DNA of 64,000 nt from Octopus sinensis (GCF_006345805.1 NC_043024.1:12276001-12340000), one strand, 5' to 3'; positions 36,112 through 49,194 are shown, numbered from the stretch's first letter. Translations and numbers: made by a program. Notes: generated by a model from the letters alone, not told the origin.

Positions 36112-39100
36112 ATGAATACTGCCAAACGCGAGTTTTCTTTTCAGGTCCATGACGCTATTAGGACCAATACCACTTCCACCCCAACCCACAGCCTCAGGGT
36201 TGGCACCCTCAACGTTGGCACACTGAAAGGCAGATCTGGCGAGATAGTTGAATTGCTTGAACGGAGGTGGGTTGATATATGCTGCATTCAAGAAGTGAGG
36301 TGGAGAGGAGGTTCTGCTAGGTTCCTCACAGGCAAAGGACAGAGGTACAAGATTTTCTGGGCTGGGAATACTGACGGAGTCGGGGGTGTGGGCATGCTTA
36401 TCGCCGAAAAATGGGTAGATAAGGTAATCGAGGTAGTCAGAGTAAGTGACAGAATAATTAAGATTAGATTAGTGCTCCACCATAGTTTAGCAACTATTAT
36501 ATCGGCCTATGCCCCTCAGCCAGGGCTACCTGATGGACCGAAAGACTGTTTCTATGACACCCTACTGCAGACCACATCATTGACGAACGACAGGGACCTT
36601 CTCTTTGTGGCCGGTGACTTCAATGGGCATGTTGGACGATGTGCTGGGGGCTTCCATGGCGTGCATGGAGGCTACGGTTATGGTTCCCGCAACGAGGAGG
36701 GAACCAGGCTGCTGGAGTTCTGCGATGCGAATAGTCTTATGATTTGCAACACTAACTTCAGGAAACCGACAAGCCACCTGGTCACCTACCGATCGGGCCG
36801 GCATACTAGCCAAATCGACTACATCCTTGCCAGAAAAAGGGAAAGATGGCTGCTTATAAATGCCAAAACCTTCCCAGGTGAAGAATGCACCCCACAACAT
36901 AGACTGGTAGTTAGTGACTTTAGGATCAGGACTAAGAGGGCGACTAGAAGACGACCAACATGGAGAAGAAGGGTCTGGAAGCTTAAAGACCCTGCGAATG
37001 GACAGAGATTTAGAGATATGTTATTTGAAGCCTTAGACGAAATGGAAGGGAGTATAGCTACGCATGGGGTAGAAGACAACTGGACGCTTCTGAGGGACAA
37101 CCTGCTGAAAGCCGCTGACCAGATCTGTGGCTGGTGCAAAGTCCCCTTAAGACCCAAAATAACGTGGTGGTGGAACAATATTGTTGACAGGGCTATTAGA
37201 CAAAAGAAACAGGCTTGGAAGGCCTGGAAGAACGGTGGTAGCAGGGAAGTGTATCAGTCTGCCAGAAGGGAAGCCAGGAGACAGGTCTATCTAGCCAGAG
37301 GGGAGGTAGATAAGGAAAAATTTGCCAATGTCCTGCGTCGTGAGGATGAAAGACTTGAGGTATTTCGTGTTGCAAGACAGTGTGTGAGAGAGAATCGTGA
37401 CGTGGTAGGAGAGAAATGTGTTCGCAAGGAGGACGGTTCACTTGCGCTTAATGAGGATGCAAAGAGAGAGGCTTGGAGACGCCACTATGATAGGTTGCTG
37501 AATGAAGAAAATGAATGGGATAAAGAGAGTCTGCCGAATGTCGACCCAACAGAGGGACCAGCAATCCGAGTTAACAGTTCCTTAGTAGATAAGGCAATTA
37601 GAAGCATGAAAACAGGGAAAGCCCCAGGCCCATCAGGAATTACTGCAGAGATGCTCAAAATATCTGGTGTGTCGGCTATAGCTTAGTCACCCATATAGTT
37701 AACCAGGTGATACACGAGGGGGTCATACCCAATGACTGGTGTAGCAGCATAATAGTCAACTGCTACAAAGGTAAAGGCGACGCCCTAGAGACAAATAACT
37801 ACAGGGGCATCAAGCTGCTGGATCAGGTAATGAAGGTTACGGAGAGGGTTATAGCCCAACTAATTAGAGAGAGAGTTAGCTTAGATGATATGCAGTTTGG
37901 GTTCGTGCCAGGGAAAAGTACTACTGATGCTATATTCCTGGTAAGACAGCTGCAGGAGAAATACCTAGCCAAAGATAAGCCCTTGTACCTGGCTTTTGTT
38001 GACTTGGAGAAAGCCTTTGACAGGGTCCCCGATCCCTTATCTGGTGGTCAATGAGGAAACTAGGGATAGAAGAATGGTTGGTGAGAGCTGTGCAAGCCAT
38101 GTACAGAGATGCTGCTAGTAAGGTGAGGGTTGGCAACGAGTACAGTGAAGAATTCCGGGTAGAGGTTGGGGTCCACCAAGGTTCAGTCCTCAGTCCCCTC
38201 CTATTTATCATAGTCCTCCAGGCAATAACGGAGGAATTCAAGACAGGTTGCCCCTGGGAGCTCCTCTATGCTGATGACCTTGCTCTAATTGCTGAGTCAC
38301 TATCAGAACTGGAGGAGAAGTTTCAGGTGTGGAAACAAGGATTAGAATCGAAGGGCCTTAGAATCAACCTAGCCAAAACCAAAGTCCTAATAAGTAGGAA
38401 GGTAGATCAATCACAAACGCCTTCAGGTAGATGGCCCTGCTCGATCTGTAAAAAAGGTGTAGGTAGAAACTCTATAAGATGCACCAAGTGTAAGCTATGG
38501 ACACATAAGAGGTGCAGCAATGTCAAAGGAAGGCTAACTAGGAAAATAGTTTTTGTCTGTGGCAAATGCTCAGGAGCAATAAACACTGGAAATGTGCAGA
38601 GACCAACTTCTGCCACGTTCCAGGGAGACAAACTAGAAGTAGTTGATAGCTTCCGCTACCTAGGAGACCAAGTCAGTAGCGGGGGTGGGTGTGCTGAAAG
38701 TGTAACTGCTAGAGTAAGAATAGCCTGGGCAAAGTTTAGAGAGCTCTTACCCCTGCTGGTGACAAAAGGCCTCTCGCTCAGAGTAAAAGGCAGACTGTAT
38801 GATGCATGTGTACGTACAGCCATGCTACATGGTAGTGAAACATGGGCCGTGACTGCTGAGGATATGCGTAAGCTTGCAAGAAATGAAGCCAGTATGCTCC
38901 GATGGATGTGTAATGTCAGTGTTCATAATCGTCAGAGTGTAAGTTCCTTGAGAGAAAAGTTGAACCTAAGAAGCGTCAGTTGTGGCGTGCAAGAGAGACG
39001 GCTGCGCTGGTATGGTCATGTGACGAGAAAGGCTGAAGATAGTTGTGTGCAAAAGTGCTACACCCTAGCAGTTGAGGGAACCTGTGGAAGAGGTAGACCC

Positions 39101-39220
39101 AGGAAAACCTGGGACGAGGTGGTGAAGCACGACCTTCGAACTCTAGGTCTCACTAAGGAAATGTCTAGAGACCGAGACCTATGGAAGTATGCTGTGCGTG
39201 AGAAGACCCGGCAAGACTAG
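36112..39220 (+). pseudogene. RTE ORF (about 1036 aa if two 1-bp deletions near 37669 and 38027-38030 are repaired)
   Basis: Three consecutive ORF-track segments join in register after adding one G (ggtgGtgtc) and one C (gtcCcccga); no in-frame stops. Confidence 0.9.
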
Positions 39221-41090
39221 TCAGGCCATAACCCGTGGCCCCTACCTGGGACGTAGTCAGTCCTCCTGTGCATACCTTCCTTCTTGTGACACTTATGAAG
39301 ACCTGTTGAGGCAAGTGAAAATCAAACCAAATCAAAATAGATGAACATCAGTGGAATTGTATTCCTTGTGGTACCAGTGCTGGTGGCACACAAGAAAACC
39401 ACCCAAACGTGGCCGTAGCCAGTACCGCATCGACTGGCCTCCGTGCTGTGGGCACAACAAACACCATCCGATCGTGGCCGTTCGCCAGCCTCATCTGGCA
39501 CCTGTGCCGGTGGCACATAAAGACACCATCCGAAGACCCGGCGACGTAGTCAGTCCACCTATGCATACCTTCCCTCTTACGACACTTGTGAAGACCTGTT
39601 GAGGCAAGTGTGTGACACTTGTGAAGACCTGTTGAGGCAGAGGCAAGTGTGTGACACTTGTGGAGACCTGTTGAGGCAAGTGTGTGACCCTTGTGAAGAC
39701 CTGTTGAGGCAAGTGAAAATCAAACAAAATCAAAATAGATGAACATCAATGGAATTTGTATCTTTGTGGTTCCAGTACCGGTGGCACCACAAGAAAACCA
39801 TCCGAACGTGGCCGTAGCCAGTACCGCATCGACTGGCCTCTCGTGCTGTGGGCACAACAAACACCATCTGATCGTGGCCGTTCGCCAGCCTCATCTGGCA
39901 CCTGTGTCGGTGGCACATAAAAACACCATCCGAAGACCCGGCGACGTCGTCAGTCCACCTGTGCATACCTTCCCTCTTATGACACTTGTGAAGACCTGTT
40001 GAGGCAGAGGCAAGTGTGTGACACTTTGTGAAGACCTGTTGAGGCAGAGGCAAGTGTGTGACACTTGTGGAGACCTGTTGAGGCAAGTGTGTGACACGTG
40101 TGACACTTGTGAAGACCTGTTGAGGCAAGTGAAAATCAAACCAAATCAAAATAGATGAACATCAATGGAATTTGTATCTTTGTGGTTTTCAGTACCGGTG
40201 GCACACAAGAAAACCATCCGATCGTGGCCGTTCGCCAGCCACATCTGGCACCTGTGTCGGCACATAAAAACACCATCCGAAGACCCGGCGACGTAGTCAG
40301 TCCACCTGTGCATACCTTCCTACTTATGACACTTGTGAAGACCTGTTGAGGCAAGTGTGTGACACTTGTGCAGACCTGTTGAGGCAAGTGAAAATCAAAA
40401 TCAAAATCAAAATCAAAATCAAATCAAACCAAATCAAAATAGATGAACATCAATGGAATTTGTATCGTTGTGGTACCAGCACGGTGGCACACAAGAAAAC
40501 CATCCGAACGTGGCCGTAGCCAGTACCGCACCGACTGGCCTCTGTGATGTGGGCACATAACAAACACCATCCGATCGTGGCCGTCCGCCAGCCTCATCTG
40601 GCACCTGTGTCGGTGGCACAAAAAAACACCAACCGAAGACCCGGCAAGACTAGTCAGGCCATAACCCGTGGCCCCTACTTGGGACGTAGTCAGTCCACCT
40701 GTGCATACCTTCCTTCCTCTTGTGACACTTGTGAAGACCTGTTGAGGCAAGTGAAAATCAAATCAATCAAAACAAATCAAAATAGATGAACATAAATGGA
40801 ATTGTATCTTTGTGGTACCAGTGCCGGTGGCTCACAAGAAAATCATCCGAACGTGGCCGTAGCCAGTACCGCATAGACTGGCCTCCGTGCTTTGGGGACG
40901 TAACAAACACCATCCGATCGTGGCCGTCCGCCAGCCTCATCTGGCACCTGTGTCGGTGGCACATAAAAACACCATCCGAGCGTGGCCGTCTGCCAGCCTC
41001 GTCTGGCACCTGTGTCGGTGGCACATAAAAACACCATCCGAGCGTGGCCGTTCGCCAGCCTCGTCTGGCACCTGTGTCGGTGGCACATAA
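39203..41090 (+). repeat. Five-unit tandem array (330-400 bp) in the RTE 3' UTR, with nested 20-30-bp repeats
   Basis: Unit marker aagacccggc at 39203, 39533, 39933, 40280 and 40636; nested gacacttgtgaagacctgttgaggcaagtg. Confidence 0.92.
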
Positions 41091-41280
41091 AATCACCCAC
41101 TACACTCTCGGAGTGGTTGGCGTTAGGAAGGGCATCCAGCTGTAGAAACACTGCCAGATCTGACTGGCCTGGTGCAGCCTTCGGGCTCCCCAGACCCCAG
41201 TTGAACCGTCCAACCCATGCTAGCATGGAAAACGGACGCTAAATGATGATGATGATGATGATATATATATATAATTATAT

Positions 41281-41311
<31 letters not shown>

Positions 41312-41520
41312 ATATATATATATGTATGTATATAATATATATGTATATATATATGTATGTATATATTATATATGTATTGAAGTATATATATATGTATGTA
41401 TATATATAGTATGTATATATATATAATGTATGTATTATATATATATATGTATGTATATATATATATGTATAGTATGTATATATATGTATATATATATATA
41501 TGTATGTATGTATATATAAT

Positions 41521-41586
41521 ATCATCATCATCATCATCATCATTTAGCGTCCGTTTTCCATGCTAGCATGGGTTGGACGGTTCAAC
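41521..41586 (-). mobile_element. 66-bp RTE 3' terminus, inverted relative to the main element
   Basis: Exact reverse complement of the 41200-41262 terminus, with one extra GAT unit. Confidence 0.92.
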
Positions 41587-44109
41587 ATATCGCCCTCCAG
41601 ATGCCCCAAGCCATGTGGGCAAGTTTGAAGACTGCCTTATAAAAATAGAAGAAATTCTAACCACATTAGAACAACACATAGGTGTGCTTCTTATGGGAGA
41701 CTTCAATCTGCCCAATGTCAGATGGCCCGAGGGCCTTTCTCTCCCAGGAATGACAAGATGTGAACGAGGACAGGCGAGGTCCCTCCTGAACCTCATCAAC
41801 ACCCTGTACATGGAGCAGGTAATACTCCAACCAACCAGGGCAGGTAACACACTGGATCTCTGCTTCACAAATGACATGGATCTCATCCATAATGTGAAAG
41901 TGACACCGACACTACTCTCGGATCACAACATGATAGAGCTGACCATATACGGGCCAAAAGAGAGCACGGACATGCAGCCTACAAGAAACCCCTCAAAATC
42001 TTTCCAGCTTGAACTACCATAAGGCAAACTGGAACAAATTGAGAAAGAGATCCTCAAACAAAATGGCCTAAATGTCTCTCCTCGCCAGACATCGACGTGA
42101 AAACTTCAACAATTCATGTCTGTAATGCAAGCCATATGCTACAAATGTGTCCCAGAGAGAAAGGCCACGTATACAAGAACAAAATCCCCAGAGAGAGGAA
42201 AATTTTAATGAGACGGCGTACGAAATTTTCAAATCGCCTAAACAAACAGATTGAAAGCAGTGAAAAGTCCCGCCTAAAAATAAAACTGTTGGAAATCGAA
42301 AAATGTCTGCAACTCTCCCATGAAAAAGAAAGAGCAGACAAAGAAGCCTGGGCTATAGAAAACATAAAATCTAACCCCAGAGCTTCTACAGGTATGCCAA
42401 AGAAACAGCTACAGTGCACTGTAGAATAGGGCCATCCTCGAAAAGGATGGCACACTTACAGGAAAACCAATGAGGGTAAGTGAAATACTGAATGAGCATT
42501 TCAAGAGTGTTTTCACTCCACCGCTTGGGCATCTCCAAATCACCAATCCAACTGACTTTTTTACCACTGCAGATATAAAATCAGAGGCGGCGACGATAGA
42601 TTACATCGATATAACGGAAGACGATGTAACCAAGGCTATAGATGAACTGAAAACAGACTCAGCTACTGGCCCCGATGGATTCCCGGCAATCCTCCTAAAA
42701 GCATGTAAGAGAGTCCTAGCAAAACCACTGCAGTTCCTCTTTCAGAGCTTCCTTGCAGCTGGCAAACTTCCAGGAAAACTGAAGGAAGGTAAAATATGCC
42801 CCTTCATTAAAGGAGGTAGCAGAGCGGAAGCCAAGAACTATAGACCTATCTCTCTGACCTCACACATCAGCAAGGTCATGGAACGAATAGTCAGAAGGAA
42901 GCTGATCACCTTCTTGAAGAGAATGACTTGCTGCCCGACACCCAACATGGTTTCCGACCAGGGAGAAGCTGTTTAACTCAGCTCCTACAACACTATGACT
43001 GGGTGCTGGAAACGGCTGCTCAACCACTCAAATGTGGAAGTCATATATCTCGACTTTGCAAAGGCCTTTGATAAAGTCGATCATGGAATGATATGTCACA
43101 AACTGCGTGATCTCAACATAGTTGGAAAACTGGGAGGAGAATGGCTTCATGACTTTCTGAAGGATAGAAGTCAGGTGGTAGTAGCCAATGGGGCCACCTC
43201 CATTAACACACAAATAGTGAGTGGTGTTCCACAGGGCACTGTTCTGGGACCACTACTGTTCATAATGGCCCTCTCAGACATGCCCTCAGCCACGCAAAGA
43301 GCCACGATCACAAGTTATGCAGATGATACAAAAGTTCACAGGCAATACAGAACCCTGAAGGAGCTAAGCACCTGCAATGTGAGCTGGACGAAACTATACA
43401 AGTGGGCTGAAAAGAATAGCATGCAGTTCAATGCTGGAAAGTTCAAGCTTTATACTATCAGCATGCAAAAACTGAATGCAATACCCAATGAATACACTGG
43501 ACCCGGAGGGATTGCAACCCAGAGGCACAATCAGTGCGTGACCTGGTATTTCACATGAGTTGATGACGCGACTTTCATGTACCTGTTGCTAAAACTGCAA
43601 GAAATGTAGACGGCTGGATGGATGGATTCTTAGAACCTTTAGAACAAGAGAGAACAAGAAACCATGATGGTCCTCTGGAAGACACTTGTCCTAAGCCACT
43701 TTGACTATTGCTCTCAGCTATGGTCACCATCCAGTGTCAAGTTGATCACAGAACTTGAGGCGATCCAACGAAGCTACACAAAGAAGATAGCCTCTATGCA
43801 GTATGTAAGCTACTGGGAAAGACTCAAGAGATTAAAATTATATTCCCTGGAGCGTAGGCGGGAAAGAGATGCCATAATATACATCTGGAAGATCCTGGAG
43901 GGAAGTATCCTGAACTTGGCATCGAGAGTTACGCAAATGCCAGAACTGGCGCCACTGTGGGTGCCTAGGACTCCAAACCTGCCATCAAGATGTAGGACAA
44001 GATCTGTGATAGCCTGGGCTTCCGAGGCCACAGCTCTTCAATATCCTCCGAAGAACCTGAGAGACCTACATGGGGGGAACAGATGTCTTTAAAATGAAGC
44101 TGGATCTCT
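41587..44109 (+). mobile_element. CR1-type LINE ORF2 (APE + RT) with multiple frameshifts, running into the gap
   Basis: YRPP, GDFNLP, PTRAGNTLDL, SDHN, GPDGFP, NYRPISLTS, YLDFAKAFDKVDH, GVPQGTVLGPLLF, YADDTK, SLERRRER. Confidence 0.93.
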
Positions 44110-44209
44110 NNNNNNNNNNNNNNNNNNNNNNNNNNNNNNNNNNNNNNNNNNNNNNNNNNNNNNNNNNNNNNNNNNNNNNNNNNNNNNNNNNNNNNNNNNN
44201 NNNNNNNNN
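44110..44209. other. 100-N assembly gap
   Basis: Exactly 100 N, with GATC a few bases from each edge (44103-44106 and 44211-44214). Confidence 0.99.
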
Positions 44210-45689
44210 AGATCCTCGTCTAATATGTGGCACTTGGTGAAGAATGGAGTTGATACAGCTACTTCTCATTTGCACCTCTTGCAATTACATAATCACGTTT
44301 TTGTTCATATTTTAAATAATTTAATTAATCGGTATTAACGGAAATTTAATAAGCATTTATAAACGAGGCGTCCAATCTGTGATTTCATATCATACTGGAA
44401 ATAACAGTCTCTTTCCATTAAATTTGCATCGTTTATCATAGAAAAGTGAAAGAAGCTTTAAGAACAAATACCAATCAACTGACATCTAATTTATGAGAGG
44501 AATCGTCTTGCAGGTGGTTTTAAGTTATGCTAGAAATAGCAGTCATGTGTCATGAAGTTCTGTTGTATTTCATGTAAAAATGAATGAAACTCAGGATGTT
44601 TTTAGCCCACGTGACAATGGACAAATACGGAAATTTATTAAGCCCCGTGAGACATGGAAAAGAGTTACCAGCTGGCCTGTGGATATTGTGCTAACAATAG
44701 GCAGCAATGAAAAGGTTCCTGGAAACTAAACAAGAACAATCTGCCATCCACTATTTTTCACTGTGATGGGCTGAAATCCGGATTCAAATTACTTTCCTTG
44801 AATGACCGAAGTTTATGCAACAAGATCGATACTTTTGACTCTTACATCAAAAGTATCGATCCCGATTTTATTACATTCACAGAAACATGGACACACTAAA
44901 AAAAAAAAAAAACCCCAAAAACTGTTTGACACGCCTCTGTCCTTTACACTGAAAATTCTAGTCTTTATTCTGTCGAATTATTTCAAACGAATACCTATGT
45001 CAGGGTCTTCATTGGGCGATGGGGTAAATGGTCATGAAATGAAAATATAATGTACGTCAACATTTTATTCAATGAGACCCACGTATAAACCAAAAGTGGC
45101 TTGGCTTGAAGTTGAACAGGAATCTGAACATTCAGATAGACACCTGTAGGCACGGGCATGCAGGCATAAATGTTTAAGCATACACATCTATTTCCAGTTT
45201 CCTTGACATATGCATTTTGGTTTTGCTTTTCTGAGCATGGAGCTGCCAGGGCAAAGGATTGTTTTAAAAGAATGAAATAAACGGAAAGGGGTGAATCTGG
45301 GAAAAGGAACTGAGGACAGTTGAAAAAGGTGAGCCTACAGGACACGGGATTGGCTTTTTATGAATGAATTAACACCAGACGTTACGCTACAAAACCTCAA
45401 TTCATGCTTTTACATTATGTAAGACTAAAAAAAAAGCAATTTCTATGATATAATTGGCATCATTTTACGTCTATTTAGCGCCGAATCTCACATTCCTAAG
45501 AGAAACTTCAATACTTTGTTAGTGATGCTGGAGTTACTTCCCTTATCTCCGAAGGTTAAAGAATAAGAAAAGTTGCTTCCCTTGAACATCGAAGAAATTT
45601 TTCTGCTTCATTACGGAAAAATAAAAAACTAAATAAAATACTTTTTAAACGGAGAAAAAAAAAATTGCTGAAGACAGACACAAAAGAGA

Positions 45690-46870
45690 ACGTGTCGTGA
45701 ACAAGCGAAAGAAACATTTTTTCCAATTTATGAAGTAAACAAAAGTCTCTGAGAGAGAAATCTCGCCATCGATGATGGCGAACCACAAAGAAATGAATCC
45801 AATGTTGCCATCCTTGTTATCACTTTCCATTTAGGAGTGATTGTCAAGGCAGCATCCGTTGACACTTTTCTCACCAAGAGATGCAATACAATAATATGCA
45901 GCCTGATATGTTTACATTTGATAGACGTTTGATGGGAATATTCCACCAGTATTCATTGAGTGGATGTTTTTCCTAAGTTTATTTCAGGACAGTCTTTTTT
46001 GCGAATGGCATTGTAAATTGTTTTAGCGACAAGATCGTACCTCATAGGGAGGTAGTGCCGTGACGACATTTTAGGACAGTTGCCAATCACATGCGTGATG
46101 TCTTCCACAGAAACATGACATATTCTACACATGCGGTTGCACAGAGCGTCTCTGTCTCTCTTATTTGCCAGGTACTTTGTGGCAATCTCATGTTCCTGGA
46201 TTGCAAACGCATAACCTTCACAGTGTGAAGTGATGTAGTGTGACGAAGAGAGGCTGCGCTTCGTGTCAATTCTACTGTCTTCTTCAAGCTTCCGGACAAC
46301 TTACCTATGCAAAATCCTTTTTTGTATGCTGAATGCTTTCCATCCAGATCTTCTCTGAGGTAAGAGAGCCCAGCTGTTTTGGAGCTGTATAGGAGATCAT
46401 CAGGAAGAGAGTGCTTCTTGAGGAACACACTGCCAACTTGTACACTTTTCAGCATTGCATTTATATATTTATTTTTGCTGCTGTTGTTCAGCAGACGTTG
46501 CCTGAGTGATACCATGCGGCATTCGAAGGCCGTCTGCACTGATCTGAGGCCTCTATCACCTTTATTTATTCTTAGGTAGAGCTTGTCAACATCACTGTTT
46601 CTGAGGAAGTTCTCAGTTGTTCTCAGGATTTTGCGGGTTTTGATATTTATGGAGTGGATTTCAAGTCTACCAAATGTTGGGATCAGCACGGGTACTTCAA
46701 ATACATTGTGGAATATTGTTTTGTTGTAAGAATAGAGTTCCAACTGCCATATTTTCCTAAGTCTGGTGTAATATTCTCGGGTCACTATCTTTATTCACAG
46801 TGCCTTCATATGATACATTTTCGTTTATGCCTAGGTTCTTGTAACATTCTTTGCGTGGAATCGGGGAGAT
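45690..46870 (-). mobile_element. 3' fragment of an RLE-type non-LTR retrotransposon (R4/Dong-like)
   Basis: EYYTRLRKIWQLEL..NK, KTRKIL and SDVDKLYLRINKGDRGL thumb region, CRIC...EDITH...C zinc knuckle, decayed restriction-like endonuclease remnant. Confidence 0.78.
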
Positions 46871-49194
46871 AGAGAGATCGTCGATGCACAGAATTTGGGT
46901 TTGGGGGACTGACTTTCCTCGTTCTATTACCAAATATGAACATTTCTTTTAGCCAAATTCCGTGTCTATATCAGCTGAAATTGTTATTAATTCCAGTTGT
47001 TTTTTGGAATTGTTAACACTTTTAGCATAAATCTTAAGTTTGTCTACAAAGAAATTATGAGTTACATTGATATTTCTATGTATGTATGTACGTACGTACA
47101 TTTACCCCATTTTGGGGCGAAGAGACTTGGGGACGGGGGACGAATTGTGAACCAGAATGGGGCCATGCCGGGAGCTATACTTCGGCGGCTGGATGCGGGT
47201 TCTAGTTCCACGGAGAGGCTTCAATTTTTCTTCTTTTTTTAAAAACTTAATATTTCTATGCTATTTTTATACTCTTTATTTAAGGCTGCAAGCTGGCACG
47301 CCGGACGGAATGCTTATCGGTATTTCGTCCGACTTGACGTTCTGAGTTCAAATTCCGCTTCGGGCGACCTCAGCGGAATTTGATCTCAGAACGTCGCTAC
47401 CACTAAGCATTTCGTTTGGCGCGCTAATGATTCTGCCAGCTCGCCGCCTTTTCAATCCTTTCTATTAACGGCACAAGGCCTGAAATTTTTGGGGTAGGAA
47501 ATTAGTCGATTGCATCGACCCCAGTGTTTGACTGGTACTTTGTTTATCGACCCAAAAAGCATGAAAGGAAAAGTGAACCATATATGCATGTATATATACA
47601 TATTTACGTAGGTCTGTACATATATGAATGTATTTATATTATGTGTAGTTTTTTGGAGAGTCTGGATGCAAAAGCATTCTGCTTTGAATACAAGTGAAAG
47701 CAAAACCGGGTTGAAGAAAAAAACACATTTTGGCAGAAAAAGTTAAAGGATGTTGTGGGGATAATGGTAGAATATCTCTTATGTCTAATAGTACAGTTCG
47801 AGAGGGAATTCACACAAGAAATATATCAGCTCTTAGCAACAAGTTGATTACTTCCGCCAAGGAAGGAAGTTATGTTTTCATTGGCGTTAGTCTGTCCGTC
47901 TGTGTGCAAAATAACTCAAAAAGTTGCGAACAGTATTTGATAAAACTTGCAGGAAAAGTTGGTAATGACACAAGGAACAGATGATGACATTTTGGTAGTG
48001 ATCCGGGAATTTTTATGTATTCTTAAAGGATTTTTCGTTTGTTATATTCACTTTACATGATGAAGTATTGTTACGTTTTTTGATTATCTCCCTTGGCGGA
48101 GCTCTTCGAGTGCTTTTCTGGTTTTGACATATTTTGGCAAAACTCATTTCCGACTTGGTTTGTTTTCGGATAAAGGTAAGAACTTTTATCTTCTATAACT
48201 GGTAACGGGAGGGATTGTAAACATTATTATGAATTTGTTGGGTTCAGCAGTTGTAACGAAAAAACTTTGTTGTTATAATTGCATACTGTAGGATGTGAAA
48301 GACGAACAATGCATAAAGTTTTAAGGAAATTTTCCTCATATCTTGCTGAAATATCATCCAAATTTCTTTGAAATTTTGCTAAAATTTTGTTCACATCTCA
48401 ATTCTTGTTTTAATCTTACTGAAATCACACTGAAAAAATCGCTCAGTTTTCTCTGAAATTTCACACCATACTTGCTGGAATCTCACTAAAATTTCGTTAA
48501 GATTTCTCTAAAATTTTGATTGAAAAATGCTAAACTCTATCTGAAATTTTCAAATTGATCTGAAATCTCGCTAACAACTCTATCATATTCAAATTTCGTT
48601 TTTGGATTTGGTTTGCAAGATTCTTTTTATGAGTTCGAGTGTTGAAGCATATTCTGTTGTGTCTGGGGAGAATCATTTTCTTTCTGTGCCTTATAAAATT
48701 TCCACTTATTTCTTATTTTTATTTTCGTTGCAACCTTTTCGTCCAAATTTCTTTGAAATCTTGCTTAAATTTCTCTTACATATTGTTAATATTTCTTTAA
48801 AATCGTACTGAAATTTTGCTCGTATCTTACTTTAACCTAACTGAATTCCCTATTAAATTTCGAACTTCAACTTGTATCTTATTGAAATCTTGTTCATATT
48901 TCTATCAGAACTGGCTGAATTCTCGTTTACATTTATCTTGGATTTGGAAAGAGTCTTACGAAAACTCATTTATATTTCTCTGAAATTTGCGTCATCTGTT
49001 GCTAAAATCTTATTGAAACCGCGTTGAAGTTTTTCAGATTTTGCTGAAATTCTGGTAAATTTTCAGTGAAATCTCAGTCAAATGAATAGATAAAAAGAGT
49101 AGGTAATGAAGGGGGATGTAATTACGAAGTGGGGAGGGGTAATACAATAGGATAGGGAATTAGTAAGGGTTGCAATAGGGGAGGTAACAAAATT

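Larger units (their letters stand above)
35900..41262 (+). mobile_element. Near-intact RTE-clade LINE: 5' UTR, APE-RT-PHD ORF, expanded 3' UTR, (GAT)n tail. The 5' boundary is approximate.
   Basis: APE motifs GTLNVGTL, IQEVRW, GDFNGHVG, QIDYIL, QHRLVVSD; RT motifs NYRGIKLL, FVDLEKAFDRVP, GVHQGSVLSPLLF, YADD; RGRPRKTW C-terminus; tail at 41243-41262. Confidence 0.96.

Noticed and set aside
39203-41090. CRISPR-like look of the recurring ~30-bp repeat gacacttgtgaagacctgttgaggcaagtg
   Set aside because: The intervening sequences are themselves repeats rather than unique spacers, there are no cas genes, and the array is a LINE 3' UTR in a eukaryote
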